Positions 37,186-49,000 of a DNA stretch of 64,000 nucleotides are shown here, in pieces. The notes below the pieces were generated by a model. The model saw nothing but the letters and a program-made list of their open reading frames with translations. It made no database searches and was not told the origin of the DNA. A program made the translations under genes and the position numbers. Each line of letters begins with the position of its first letter. Position 1 is the first letter of the stretch. The DNA comes from Desulfovibrio desulfuricans (GTDB lineage: Bacteria > Desulfobacterota > Desulfovibrionia > Desulfovibrionales > Desulfovibrionaceae), in contig NZ_JANFYZ010000002.1 in assembly GCF_024460775.1 (NCBI RefSeq), forward strand, positions 30,954 through 94,953. The letters are read 5' to 3'.

Positions 37186-37929
37186 TCAACAGGCAAGGTG
37201 GACCACGACGTCCAGGCAGGGGCTATGGGCCGCAACGCTGCACTGGTAACCATCTGTTGTTCTGATGTCGCGGCTTGTCCACTGCCCGCCACCCTCAAGC
37301 ATTGCAGCCATGCCGTGAACAGCATTTGCAGTGAAGGATGCTATCCAGCCGCTCTCTTGCGGCCCGGTGTGCACGCTGAAGCTTTGCAAGGGCATGCTCA
37401 GGCCCATGCCCACAGCCTTGATTACGGCCTCCTTGCGCGTCCAGCAGCGGTAAAAGGCCGCTTGCAGTTCCCCAGGGGGCAGGGACAGCAGGTCTTTTTG
37501 CTCCTGCGGATGCAGCTGGCTGGTCAGCTCCGCCGCATCGGGCAGAGGGCGCATCCTTTCCACATCAATGCCCACGCTTGCGCAGCGGCAAAGGGCCACC
37601 CACACCATGCTGCCCGAATGGCTGATGGAAAAATCAGCGGATATTCCGGGGCAAAAGGGCTTGCCGTAAGGGGAGCGGGCTAACTCTGCGGCACTGTTCT
37701 GCCCAAAGGCGGCGAGCAGCAAACGCCGCGCCAAAGCTCTGCCTGCCAGATGCCGCGCCGCATCTTCTATGCGTACGTAGCGCCCGGCCTCCTGCTGCTC
37801 CTGCGGGGAGGTGTGGGGCGCGCACTTGCTGGGCCAGTCCGCAATATTTTCAAGCTCCAGGCCAACGCACAAAATGGATTTTTCCGGGGCGGACGGCGCG
37901 CGCCAGTTGCAAAAACGTTGCGCCAGCAC
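37186..37929 (-). CDS. Sfp-type 4-phosphopantetheinyl transferase
   Basis: Motifs SPYGKP, FSISHSGSMVWVAL, GIDVERM (PPTase GxDxE) and WTRKEAVIKAVG (W/KEA.xK). Confidence 0.85.
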   Translation of the reverse strand: MLAQRFCNWRAPSAPEKSILCVGLELENIADWPSKCAPHTSPQEQQEAGRYVRIEDAARHLAGRALARRLLLAAFGQNSAAELARSPYGKPFCPGISADFSISHSGSMVWVALCRCASVGIDVERMRPLPDAAELTSQLHPQEQKDLLSLPPGELQAAFYRCWTRKEAVIKAVGMGLSMPLQSFSVHTGPQESGWIASFTANAVHGMAAMLEGGGQWTSRDIRTTDGYQCSVAAHSPCLDVVVHLAC

Positions 37930-37932
37930 CGC

Positions 37933-38649
37933 CTAATCCGTTGTTTGAAGGGTGCGGGTCATGTGGTCTGCCAGTTCCTGCCAGTGGTCCTGAACGTAAA
38001 AATGGCCGCCGCTGAAGGTGCGTACCGTGCATTGCGCGTCTGTCAGGTTTTGCCACTGCAGGGCGTCAGCCTCGGTAACGAGGTCGTGGCTGCCGATGGT
38101 GGTGTGGATAGGCAAGGGCAATGGGCTGTAGGGGGCGGGCTGCCAGCCCTCGATGGCCATAAAATCAGCGCAGAGCACAGGTTCAAGGTAGTTTCTGAAA
38201 TCCTGCGACTGCGCAATCTCGGGCGGGATGCCGCCCATGCGGGCCACGTAGTCCCACAGCGCGCCTGGGGGAAGCTGATCAACAGGGCGTGAAATCCCGG
38301 TGCGCATCAGCCCTGGCGTGGTGGCGGACGAAATGAACAGGGCCTTGGGCAAGGGCAGTGCCGCATCGCAGGCGAAGCGCGCGCAAAGAAAGGCCAGCAG
38401 GCCGCCCATGCTGTGGCCAAAAAGGGCGTAAGGGCCAGTGTGGGCGGCGGGGTGTATCTGCTCAAGCAGGTCGCGCCCCATGCTTTCCATGTTGGTAAGC
38501 AGCCGCTCCCGGCAGCGGCGGCCTTTGCCCGGCAGTTCCAGAGGTCTTGTAGTGATCCATGCCGGAAAAAGCTCGTTGAACCTCGCATAAAAGGCGGTAT
38601 TGCCTCCGGCGTGGGGAATGCAGAAAAGTGTTGTAGCCGAGTGTTGCAT
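37933..38649 (-). CDS. type II thioesterase (alpha/beta hydrolase, editing TE)
   Basis: LFCIPHAGGNTAFY, GHSMGGLLAFLCA (GxSxG) and C-terminal His. 238 aa, typical TEII size. Confidence 0.85.
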   Translation of the reverse strand: MQHSATTLFCIPHAGGNTAFYARFNELFPAWITTRPLELPGKGRRCRERLLTNMESMGRDLLEQIHPAAHTGPYALFGHSMGGLLAFLCARFACDAALPLPKALFISSATTPGLMRTGISRPVDQLPPGALWDYVARMGGIPPEIAQSQDFRNYLEPVLCADFMAIEGWQPAPYSPLPLPIHTTIGSHDLVTEADALQWQNLTDAQCTVRTFSGGHFYVQDHWQELADHMTRTLQTTD

Positions 38650-38658
38650 GTGTTGCGC

Positions 38659-39795
38659 CTACAGTTCAACCCATCCGGCATCGTCAGCAAGCTTTTGGAT
38701 GATGATGCGCGAGGCCTGTTCTTCGTGTCCGATGCGGGCATGCATCTGTTTGAGAACAATATTGCCCTCGCTGATGCCGCAGATTTCCAGTTTGCCGATG
38801 TCGTGCCCGATTATGTACTTGAAGCGTTTTCCATAGCCGCTGAGTTGCGCCTTGGCCTTATCCACAATGGCAATGCCCTGCTTGAGAGGCAGTTGAAAAT
38901 GGTGCCGTACCCGCGAAACAGGCATGCACTGGTACAGATAATACGGGTTCACCCCAATGGAAAGCAGGCGGTTCATAAGTTCGACAATGTCTTCCACACT
39001 GTCGTTGACGCCGCGCAGCAGCACCGCCTGATTGTTGATGGTGGCCCCGCACAGGCGCAGCCTCTTGATGGCCTCGGTCGAGGTGAGCGTGATCTCTCGC
39101 GCATGGTTGTAGTGCGTGGCAATGTACAGAGCCTTGCGCTCGGCAAAGGCGCGCAGGGCGTCCATGAGGGCGTCTTCAAAGATGCGCAGCGGGTAGGTGA
39201 CAGGAATGCGCGTACCGATACGCACAAAATCCACATGGTCGATCTCGGCCAGCCCCTCCAGCATTTTTTGCAGCACCGGGGTTGCCAGAGTCAGTGGATC
39301 GCCGCCGGAAAGAATGACGTTGTTGATCTTGGGATTGTCGGCAATGTATTGCAGCGCCCCGGCAAAGTTGCGCAAGGTCTGCTGGCTGGAGTGCCCCACA
39401 ATACGGCGGCGAAAGCAGTGGCGGCAGTGCATGGCGCAGCATTCTGTTGTGATCAGCAGTGCAGTGCAGTCGTATTTATGCAGTACGCCATTGCCCTTGT
39501 CGTGCTTGTCATCACCGTAGGGATCGGCAGTAGTCGCGCCCATGGATCCGGCAACCACCAGTTCTTCCGCATCAGGAAAGCACATGCGACGGATGGGATC
39601 ATTGGGATCGTTTTTATCTATAAGGCTCAGATAATAGCGGGGAATGTTGACCGGGTGCACCTTGGCGACTTCACGAAGCGTTGCTTCCTCTTGTGGACTG
39701 AAGGTGGCGTATTGCTTCAACTGGTCGATGGTGACGACGTTGTTTGCAAGTTCCTTTTTCCAGTCAAGGCATTTCCAGCAAGGTTCAGCGTCCAT
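38659..39795 (-). CDS. KamA-family radical-SAM amino acid 2,3-aminomutase (lysine 2,3-aminomutase-like; start at MDAEPCWK with GAGG RBS, ORF opens at 39891)
   Basis: CxxxCxxC cluster CAMHCRHCFRRR. Recalled similarity to lysine 2,3-aminomutase over ~350 aa: RYYLSLIDKNDPNDPIR, ALLITTECCAMHC, ILSGGDPLTL, VRIGTRIPV, LLRGVNDSVE, NPYYLYQC. Confidence 0.85.
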   Translation of the reverse strand: MDAEPCWKCLDWKKELANNVVTIDQLKQYATFSPQEEATLREVAKVHPVNIPRYYLSLIDKNDPNDPIRRMCFPDAEELVVAGSMGATTADPYGDDKHDKGNGVLHKYDCTALLITTECCAMHCRHCFRRRIVGHSSQQTLRNFAGALQYIADNPKINNVILSGGDPLTLATPVLQKMLEGLAEIDHVDFVRIGTRIPVTYPLRIFEDALMDALRAFAERKALYIATHYNHAREITLTSTEAIKRLRLCGATINNQAVLLRGVNDSVEDIVELMNRLLSIGVNPYYLYQCMPVSRVRHHFQLPLKQGIAIVDKAKAQLSGYGKRFKYIIGHDIGKLEICGISEGNIVLKQMHARIGHEEQASRIIIQKLADDAGWVEL

Positions 39796-40032
39796 TATTC
39801 CGGCCTCTGTTTGCGGATGGATTTTCTGTTGTTCAGGTGTGTTGGACGTTCCAGAACAACCGGATACAGAGTTATTGTTGAGGAAATGCATTCAATATCC
39901 GGTTTGCGTTCTGTTTGTGAATTTACGGCAAAAACTGCCCAAAGTATATGTAAAACTTGCTAATATACAGGCCGTGAGCTATTTTGCCCACCATATTGCA
40001 CTAAGCGCATTAAAGCCGCAGTGGGGGACGGA

Positions 40033-43000
40033 ATGGCAAAGATTGTGCCTTTAACCGGTTGTCAAAAAGAACTGTGGCTCTCGGCAAAAGCGGCGCTGTC
40101 CGACTATGCCGAAACCTCCATTCGGGGCTGTTATCACATTGACGCCCTGCTTGATCCCGATTTGTTGCGCCAGGCCATCAAGCGCACCCTGCATTTCACG
40201 CCTCTGCCCGCCGCCTCCCTGTGTCAGGATGAAGCCGAACCGTACTTTCTTGTGGGTGAACCGCAGGAACCTGATTTCAGGGTCCTGGACGCCGCTACGC
40301 AGCCGGACCCCGATGCCGCTGCCGACCGCATGATCGACGAGTTTTTTGAAGAACCGGTCGAAAATCCCCTTATGCGTTATGCCCTTGTCATCACTGGCGA
40401 GGCAAGCTGCATCGTTGCCATGAAGTGCTCGCACGTGGTGCTGGACGGGCTGGCATTCTTTTTTCACATAGCTGTTATTGCGGACGTTTACACAGCACTC
40501 GCACGTGGTGAAACGCCAGAACTTGGCGAGCCGTGCTCCTGCGAAGAAGCCTACCTTGAAGATCAGGCGCACTGCGCTTCGCCGCGGTTTCAGAAAGACA
40601 TGACCTTTTGGCAGGAGCACCTTGCCCGCCTGCCAGAAAAGCGCCTGCTGCGCGCCCTGCCGGGGCGGCCCGATGTGCTTGGCGAGAGCCGCCACCAGAA
40701 GTTTGTGCTGTCAGAAAAAACCTCGAGTGAAACGTCCGCGCTCATTGCCGCCCACAAGGTCAGCCCTGCGGTGTTTTTTACAGGCATCTACGCACTCATC
40801 GTGTCGTTCATGAGCGGAGAAAAGGACATTGTGGCTCTTGCCCCAGTGGCCTATGGGGAGCGCAAGGTGCTGTACCGGCGGCAGGGGGCCATGATGTCGC
40901 TGCCGCCACTGCTGGTAAACGTGGCCGCGCACGATACCTTTGCAGGGCTGCTGGAGGCCGTCAGCGCCCAGAACGGATCCTTTTACCGCCATGTGCGCAC
41001 GCCTTACCAACTGGCTGCCCGCCAGCTTGAAGGCAAAAATTTTGCCTTTCTGGCAGATACCTTTGTCAATTTTCTGCCCAATACACCTCCCGGCACGCCA
41101 GAATTCCCGATTGTCGAGGCGGAGCAGCGGCACAGCGCCAAGGAGCCGATCCTTTTCGGTACCCTGGTCATGCAGGAGCTGCGCTCGGGCTGCTTTTCGC
41201 TCACGGTGCGCAACAGCCGCAACCACCTGAGCGACAGGGATGTGGAGCGTTTTGTCGCCCGCGTTGAGAGCGTGGTGGCCCAGCTTGCCGCTGGCATTGA
41301 GCCGCCGCAGCTTGATTATCTGCTGGAAGAAGAAAAGCGGGAACTCGCGCAATGGCGCAGCGGCCCTGCCAGAAAGTATGATATCCGTTCCCTGCCCGAA
41401 CTTTTTGACGCGGCGGCGGATGCCTTTGCCGGGCGCGTTGCAGTCAGGGACGAATGGGGCAACTCCCTTTCGTACGCGCAGGTGCGCGAAAATTCCCTGC
41501 GTTGCGCCTCGTGGCTGGCAGGGCAGGGCGTTGCACGGGGCGGCATTGTGGCTGTGGCGGCGCAGCGCACGGCCAATCTGCCCGAAGTTGTTCTGGGCAT
41601 ACAGCGGCTTGGCGCGGTCTATCTGCCCATAGACCCCAAGGCCGCACCCGACCGCATGGCCTATATTGTGGAAGACGCCGGGGCAGACATCACGCTTGAC
41701 CTTGCCGATCTTGCCTACCGCCAAGCCCCCATAAGTCCCTTGCCGCAAGCACCCCGGGCAGAGGATGGGGCCTACCTGATCTACACCTCCGGCTCCACAG
41801 GCAAGCCCAAGGGCGTGCTGGCTCCGCACGGCGGCTTTGCCAACATGATCCAGGGGCAGATCGAGCTTTTTGGCGTGCAGGCCGATGACCATGTGCTGCA
41901 GTTTGCGCCGCCCATTTTTGACGCCTCGCTGTCGGAAATGTTCATGGCTCTGCTGGCAGGGGCCGCCCTGTATCCGGTGAGCGACCAGTGCCGCAACGCC
42001 CCCTGGACGTTGCGGCAGTACATGATCGATAACGACATCAGCATTGTCACCCTGCCGCCCTCGTACCTCAATCTTTTTGAGGGAGAGCCCTTTCCCGGAT
42101 TGCGCGTGCTCATAACGGCGGGCGAGCCGCCGGTGGTGGGCGATGCCCTGCACTATGCCAAGGGCCTGCGTTATTTCAACGCCTACGGCCCTACGGAAAC
42201 CTGCGTCTGCGCGGCAATGAAGGAAGTTTCGCCCTTTGAGCCGCAACCCATTGGCGTGGGCAGCCCCATCCCCAACGTGACGCTTTCCATCCGCAATGCC
42301 GAGGGGCGCGAGCTGCCCGCAGGCATGGCGGGCGAACTGTGGATAGGCGGGGCCAGCCTTGCCCTTGGCTACCACAACAAGCCTGAAATGACGGAGCAGC
42401 GTTTTGTCCATCTGCCGCAGGAAGGAAACGCCCGCTTTTACGCGTCCGGCGATCTGGCCTTGTGGTCGGACAAGGGTGAGATTCTGCTGCTGGGCCGCGC
42501 AGACGATCAGGTGAAGATTCGCGGCAACCGGGTGGAGCTGGCCGAGGTGGCCTGCCTGCTTGAGAGCTGCGAAAGCGTCAGTCAGGCGGCGGTGCTGGCC
42601 GTCAAGGATGCGGGCGGTCAGGCCAGCCTTGCGGCGTTTTTTGTGCTGCGGCCCGGCGCATCCATAGAAGCGGTGGTTTCGTGGAGCAGAACAAGCCTGC
42701 CGCCCTACATGGTGCCCTCAGCCTGGCATGTGCTGGAAGCTATGCCTCTTGCCCCCACAGGCAAGATAGACCGCAAGGCACTGCAAAGCCTTGCACGGCG
42801 GGGCGATGCTCAGGGCGGCAGTGTCCGCAAGCCCCATGCTGGCCTTCTGGAGATATTTGAGCGCGTGCTTGGCCGGGCCTATGATCCCGAAAAGAGCTTT
42901 TTTGCCCAGGGCGGCAACAGCCTTAACGCCATGTCGTTGCTGCACGCCATCCGAAAAACCTTTGACGTTGATATTTCCTTCCGCAGTTTTGTCAGCTGTG

Positions 43001-46000
43001 AAACGCTGTTTGATGTGGAATCCCTGCTTGGCGGCGTCCGTGCGGAGTCGGCCCTTGCAGGCATTGAAAGCGCGCCGCTCAGCACCGGGCAGTTCCGCAT
43101 CTGGGCCTACCAGCAGGTTAACGAAGGCTCCATTGACTACAATATGCCCCTGCTGCTTGAACTGCGGGGCGACAAAACTGCGGATTTTCTGGAAGGCCTG
43201 CGCAGGGCTGCCAACGCGCAGGAGCTTTTTCACTGCACGGTGGCGGGCGATATAGACAATCCCCATTTTGCGCGGGGCAAGGGCGAGGTCTACCTGTGCA
43301 GCGTGGCCATTGCCGATGCGCGCGAAGCGGCGGTATTTTTTGACCAGCAGATACACACGCCTTTTGACCTGCGTGTGGAGCCGCCTGTGCGCCTTGTGGC
43401 CGCTGTTTTGCCGCAGTGCGTTCAGGTGCTTGTGCTGGTGCACCATGTGGCGGGCGATGGCGAAACCCTTGAAATCCTGCTGCAAAATGCCTTGCGCTAT
43501 TTGCGCGGCGAGCCGCCCGCGTGCGGTCTGCTGGCTGTGCAGGAGGCTTTTTGCCGCAGGCAGGCCGCCTATGCGGCATCGCCAGCCTGCGCAGATGATG
43601 CGGCCTACTGGCAGGAGGTGCTTACGCCGCCCGTGCCCACTGTGAATCCGGCCACAGGGGCCGCCAGCCGCAAAGGCGCCATGATCGGCGTTGATCTTGA
43701 TGCGGAAACCGCGCAGGGATTTGAAATTCTGGCAAGAAATTCTGGCGCGAGCGTGCTGGCCTGCTTTGTGGCCTTGGCGGGGCGCGCACTCTGCCGCCGC
43801 TTTGACAGAAAAGAACTGTTGCTGGGCGTGCCTATGGGGCTGCGCGAAACGCAGGACGAATTTTGCGCTGCCGGATTCTACGTCAACACCGTCCCCCTGC
43901 GTGTGCGCCTTGACGGCCTTGAAGACAGCGCCGCAGTGGCCGATGCCGCCCGGCAGATGCGGCAGGCCATTGAACACAGCCGTTACTGCGCTGCGGATAT
44001 TGTACCCGAATTTCTGGCAACGCATGCGCATTTTGAACCTGTGGGAGTTCCGGGGCTTGAACTGAACAGGCTGGAGCTGGAATTGCGGGCCAGCAAGCTC
44101 ACAGCCAGCTTTACCCTCGTAACAGGCACGGCTTCGCGCATTGTGCTGGAGTACGACGCGGGTTGCATAGCCGATGCCCCGGCTTTGCTGGATGATCTGG
44201 CGCAGAGCATGCGACGTGCCTGCGAAGGCCTTGCCCGCCGCAATCCCCGGCAGGTACTGGCCGATGCCTGGCGCGAGATTCTGCACCCCGGCAGTTCCAG
44301 CGCAGTGCAGGAAGAAAGCGACTTTTTCCGCGATGGCGGTGATTCCATCAAGGCTATCCAGATAACGGGCATTCTGCGCCGCAGCGGCATAACCGCCTTG
44401 AGCGCGCCGGATTTTTTGCGCAAGCCCCACTTTGGCGACCTCTGCACCCTGCTGGAAAGCGCCGACAGCGAGCTTTCTGCCGCGCAGGCGATGGACTACA
44501 CGCCTGTTGCCCCTGGCGAGCAGGTTCCCTTGCTGCCATTTGCCCGCTATTTTCTGGGTGCGCATCCCAGTCACTGGCGGCAGTTCTTCATGCTGCTGCC
44601 GCTGGAAATTCGCTCGGATGTGCCAACGGCAAGCATTGAAGCATGGCTGCAAACCCTGCCGGAAAATCACGAATCCCTGCGCATGGCCTTTGCGCCGGAT
44701 CATGCCGTGCTGCTGGCCGAACCGCAAAAAATAACCCTGCACTGCCGCGATTTCGCCGACACTGTGGAGCAGACAAGCCTGCTGCGCAAGGCGGTGGCGG
44801 AGATCACAGAGGGCCTTGATGCGGCATGCGGCAAAACTCTGGGGGCCATGCTGGCCCGGCAGGGCGAGAGGCGCTTCTTGCTGCTGGTGGGGCATCACCT
44901 TGCGCTGGACGCGCTTTCGCTTGAAACCCTGCGGCAGGGCTTGCTCCATTACTGCCGCACAGGCAAAGCCCAGTGCGAAGCGCACGGCCTTGCCCTGCGC
45001 GCCCGCGAGGTTGAGCGGCTGCGCGCCGCCGGGGTATTCCCGTCTGAGGAACAGCGCGCCTTGTGGCGGGCTGCCTGCGCCGAACCATGCGAACCCTTGC
45101 GGGCTCTTTTGCCCCAGAGCAGGGACAGGGGCCGGGACAGCGCCGCCAGCCGTGCCCGTCTGTCCGCGCAGCTTGAGGGCTTCCGGCAGGAATACAGCAC
45201 CGATGCCAAGGCCGATCTGCTGGCCGCGCTTGCCTGCGCCCTGCACGCCCAGGGGCAGAAGGCGGCGGTGCGCGTAACACTTGAAAGCCACGGGCGCGAT
45301 GAACTTTTGTCGGGCTTTGACGCCAGCCGCAGCCTTGGCTGGTTTACGGCGGTCTGCCCCATGCCGCTTGGGCCTTCCCTGAACTACGCGCAGGCCCGCG
45401 AAGCCCTCGGCCCGTGGCTTGCGCAGCATTTCAGCCCGGAAAACTGCAATGCCTATGGGTATCTGCGGCAGGAAAATCCGGCTGAATTTGGCTATGCGGC
45501 CCAGATTGCCTTTAACTATCTGGGGCGTTTGACGGGTCAGCCTGACGAAGAGGCCTCCCTGATGCTCTCGGCTCTGGCTCCGGGGCTTATCCCCGAGCTT
45601 GTCCACGCCGACATGGAGGCGGATGCTCCGCTGGAGCTTTCGGTTTTTTTTGACCAGCAGGGCATCCTGCATCTCGGGGCGTGGTTCAGCCCGCAGTGCC
45701 TGCCGCAGGATTGGGTTTCCGGCTTGCTCCAGAGTTGGCGTGCCGCCCTGAAAACCCTGCCCGCCTATCTGCCGCAGCAGACCCTGGATGCCATTTTTGC
45801 CGCCTGCGGCTGCCATGCGGAGGATGTGGAGCGCATCGCACAGCCGGATGCAGGGCATGCGCCCTTGCTGTATCAGTCCCTGCTTGCGCAATCTGGGGTT
45901 TACACCCAGCAGGTGGAATTTCATTTTCGCGGCCCGGTGGATGTTTTTGCGCTCATGCGCGCGTGGGAAGCGCTCACCGCGCGGCACGAAAGCCTGCGTT

Positions 46001-49000
46001 CGCTCTTTCCCATGCCGGTGGAGGGCGAGTTTTACCGCGTGGTGTTGCTCAAGGGCCGCACCAGCCTTGAGTTCCACGACTTTTCCCATTTGCCGGAGGC
46101 CGAGGCCGAGGCGGAAGCACAGGCCCTGCTGCGCGCGGAGCGGCAGCGCGGCTTTGACGTGCAGCGCGGCCCTCTGCTGCGGGCGCGCTTTTTCCGCCGG
46201 GGTGCCGACCGCGTGGTCATGAGCTGGTGCTTCCACCACCTGCTTATGGACGGCTGGTGCATGGGCGTGCTGCTGCGGGAGCTTTTTGCCCTGGCCGGGG
46301 CCAAGGGTGGGCCGGAAAACAGCCGTTTGCCGGAGCCTTTCCCGCTGGAGACCTATTCCCGCTGGCGCGCGCAATTTGATGAGCGTGCGGCGCGGGCCTA
46401 CTGGGCTGGATTGTTGCAGGATTTCAGCGGGCCAACCGGGGTTGAGCTGGCCCAACCGGCTCCCCGCGCTGCCGCCCCCGGGGAATTTGACGAACCGCTG
46501 ACAGTGGAACTGGAGCTGGACGCCGCCCTGAGCGCCAGCCTGCAAGAACTGGCAAAAACAGAGGCGGTGACGCTCTCCGCCCTTGTTCAGATGCTGTGGG
46601 CCATTGTGCTCGGCAATGCCAACAATGGCTGCCGCGATGTGGTCTTTGGCGTGGTTACTTCGGGCCGTCCGGCGGAGCTGGCGGGCATTGAGTCCGCCGT
46701 GGGGCTGTTCATCCAGACCTTGCCCCTGCGGGCGCGCTGGACAGCCAGCGACTCCCTCGGCGCGCTGCTGGCCCAGGTGAAAGAGCAGAATCTGCAACAG
46801 ATGCGCTATGGCTATGTGCCCCTGTCGACACTGGGCAGAAACCTGCTCGACCACCTGATGGTCTTTGAAAATTATCCTGTGGACACGAGTTTTGATCACA
46901 ATCGTGTTGAACTGCGCGACATGCGCGGTTTTGAAAAGCTGCCTTACGCCCTGGGCATTTCGGTTATTCCTGGCGTGAATCTGCGTTTCCGCTTTTTATA
47001 TGATCCCGAGCGCTTGCCCGAAGAGAGGGCGCTTGCCCTGCGCAATGGGCTGCATGCCGTGCTTGCGGCAGCAGCCTCAGGGCGCGCGCGTACCTGCCTT
47101 GCGCTGGAAGAAGCGGCGAACAACGCTGGGGCAGGCGCAGAAAGGCCCGCAGGAGAACATGGCGGCGCAGAACTGGGCGGGGCAGAAAATGCGCCCGGTG
47201 ACGCTGCCGCCGCAACCGGGCAAGCCCAGGTCCCGCAGGGGCCGGATGTGGCGGCTCTGGCGGAAACCGTGCGCGCTGCCTATGCCGCCGTGCTTGGTTG
47301 CCCTGTGGATTCTGTGGATGCGGATTTTTTCCAGCTTGGAGGGCACAGCCTGATAGCCATGAGTCTGCTCTCGCAGTTGAGCAAAAGCCTCTCCGTGGCA
47401 GTGGGCATAGAGGATGTGATGGGCTACCCCAGCCCGCGCGCCCTTGCCGCCCGCATTGGCAGTCTGGCAAAGCCGGATGCTGTTATTCCGCGAGTGGAAG
47501 AGCTTGCAGCCTACCCCCTGTCGCCAGCCCAGCAGCGCATCTGGTTTCTGCAAAAGCTGCATGAGGGCGGTCAGGTTTATGTGATTCCCTTTGCGGCCCG
47601 GTTGCGCGGCCCCGTGGATGCAGTGGCCCTGCAAAAGGCCCTGACATTGCTTGAGGAAAGGCACGATGCCCTGCGCCTGCGCGTGGCGCTGGATGCACCG
47701 GAGCAAAGCCTTGCCCCTGCTGGCGGTCTGCGGCTTGAAAGCTACGATACGCCCCTGACTGATGCAGCCTACCTAGGCATGAGCCTGCCTCTGGGGCCGG
47801 AAAGGCCCTTGGTGCGCGTGGCCCTGTTCCGGCAGGAGGACGGCAGCCATGCGCTGGTGTTCTGCTTCCATCACATCATATTTGACGGCTGGTCGGCGGA
47901 AGTTATCACCCGCGAACTCAACGAAGCCTACGGCGCGGTGTTGCAAGGCCGTGTGCCGCAGTGGCGGCCTCTGGATCTGGATTTTGCAAGCTACGCCCTG
48001 TGGGAATCGCAGCGGGAGGCGGAAGGGCTTGAGCAGATATGCAGCGACCTCGCGCCCCTGCCGGAGCGTTTGCGCCTGCCGCTGGATTACCCCCGCCCGG
48101 CGGTACAGCGTTTTGAAGGGGCCGTGCAGAGTTTTGATCTGGGGCTTGAGCGCAGCCACGCCCTCAAGGACTGGGCCCAGCGGGCCGGGGTAACGGTATT
48201 TCCCGTGCTGCTTGCGCTGGTGGATGCCTTTTTGCTCCGCCATACCGGGCAGGACGACATTATTGTGGGTTGCCCTGCGGCAAACAGGGAGCATGAGCAG
48301 GTTCAGGGCGTTGTGGGCCTCTTTGTCAACACCCTCGCAGTGCGGGCGCGCATGAACGCGCAGGGCGGCTTTGCCGAGTTGGCAGGCACGGTGGATGCCG
48401 CATTCAGAAAATCTTTGGCCGTGCAAAGCTGCCCCTTTGAAAAAGTTATCGAAGCCGTGGGGGTGGAGAGAAATGCCGCGCGCAATCCCGTATTTGACGT
48501 GTTTGCCGCGCTGGAAGACGCAAGCTGGAACAATTTTGGCCGTGCGCCCCTGTGCATGGAGCCTCTGCCCCTGCCGCACCAGAGCAGCAAGTTTGACCTG
48601 AGTTTTTACTTCAAGGAGCGGGCGGACGGCGGCTATACGGTGGATGTGGAATACTGCACCGAGCTGTTCAGCCCGCAGACAGTCCGCCGCATGGCGGAGC
48701 GCCTGCTGACCCTTGCGGACGCCGTGCTGGCTGATGATGCAAAACCCTTGGCCGAACTGGATATTCTGCCAGCGCGGGAGCGCGCAGAACTTGCCAGCTT
48801 TAATGATACGGCGGAACCGCTGGATGTCGCCGCCGACATGGACAGCCGTTTTCGCGCTCAGGCTGCCCGCACTCCCCATGCTCCGGCAGTGCTGGACGCC
48901 GCAGGCACGGCTGTTTCCTATACGCAGTTCAACGCGCAGGTGGATGCCGTGTGCGCATGGCTGCAAGGGCAGGGCGTGGAGCGCGGGCAGTATGTGTGCA

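Noticed and set aside
42718-46899. 1393-aa minus-strand ORF, plus 47773-49641 (622 aa), 50653-51510, 52231-53568, 54718-55836 and others antisense to the NRPS-PKS gene
   Set aside because: They lie entirely inside a gene with dense, unambiguous NRPS/PKS motifs on the plus strand. Their translations are Arg/Ala/Gly-rich low-complexity sequences typical of antisense frames in high-GC DNA, with no domain motifs.
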